Origin: Coleofasciculus chthonoplastes F2-STO-03
GTDB lineage: Bacteria; Cyanobacteriota; Cyanobacteriia; Cyanobacteriales; Coleofasciculaceae
Direction of reading: 5' to 3'
DNA: 64,000 bases
Assembly: GCA_040222015.1 (NCBI GenBank)
Contig: JAVJWO010000069.1
Location: forward strand, 72,746-136,745
Shown here: piece after piece, positions 63,992 through 64,000 of the stretch
How the letters are laid out: the number at the start of each line of letters is the position of its first letter
Position numbering within the stretch: position 1 is the stretch's first letter
Position numbers and translations under genes: made by a program
The notes under the pieces: model-generated
The model's input: the letters and a program-made list of their open reading frames with translations, nothing else
Databases searched by the model: none
What the model was told of the DNA's origin: nothing

Positions 63992-64000
63992 TATTCAACC

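Noticed and set aside
63750..63998. ORFs of SLVIGHW repeats
   Set aside because: Translation of an STRR tract

Overview
Chromosomal window from a filamentous cyanobacterium. Evidence: very frequent HIP1 octamer GCGATCGC, heptameric STRR tracts, many Uma2 and pentapeptide genes; Coleofasciculus/Oscillatoriales-like by inference. Housekeeping and physiology genes include a GldG-type ABC accessory pair, malic enzyme, an HhoA/B protease, argC, an SLC12-like cotransporter, a cheB-cheR-PAS kinase cluster, cruE/cruH-like carotenoid genes, recR, avtA, aroE, mntCAB and cheW-cheA. These are interleaved with single accessory genes (nine small PD-(D/E)XK-fold genes, a zinc-finger-less TnpB in an IS607-like element, XRE/ImmA-PIN, Trypco1-trypsin-NACHT) and a dense layer of GTAG-REP palindromes, TA-targeting MITEs, ~24-nt SDR-like inserts and STRRs, often nested. 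Best leads: (i) an AsnB-like ligase lacking the glutaminase Cys near a LysA-fold protein lacking the PLP Schiff-base Lys; (ii) a TnpB with an intact D-E-D triad but no Zn finger; (iii) a consistent polarity of STRR tracts relative to gene ends and REPs; (iv) a membrane-anchored TOPRIM-like protein; (v) recR with a non-canonical start codon; (vi) several genes with large internal deletions that keep both ends. No rRNA, tRNA or CRISPR array was seen. All family calls are from motif recognition by eye; no searches were run.
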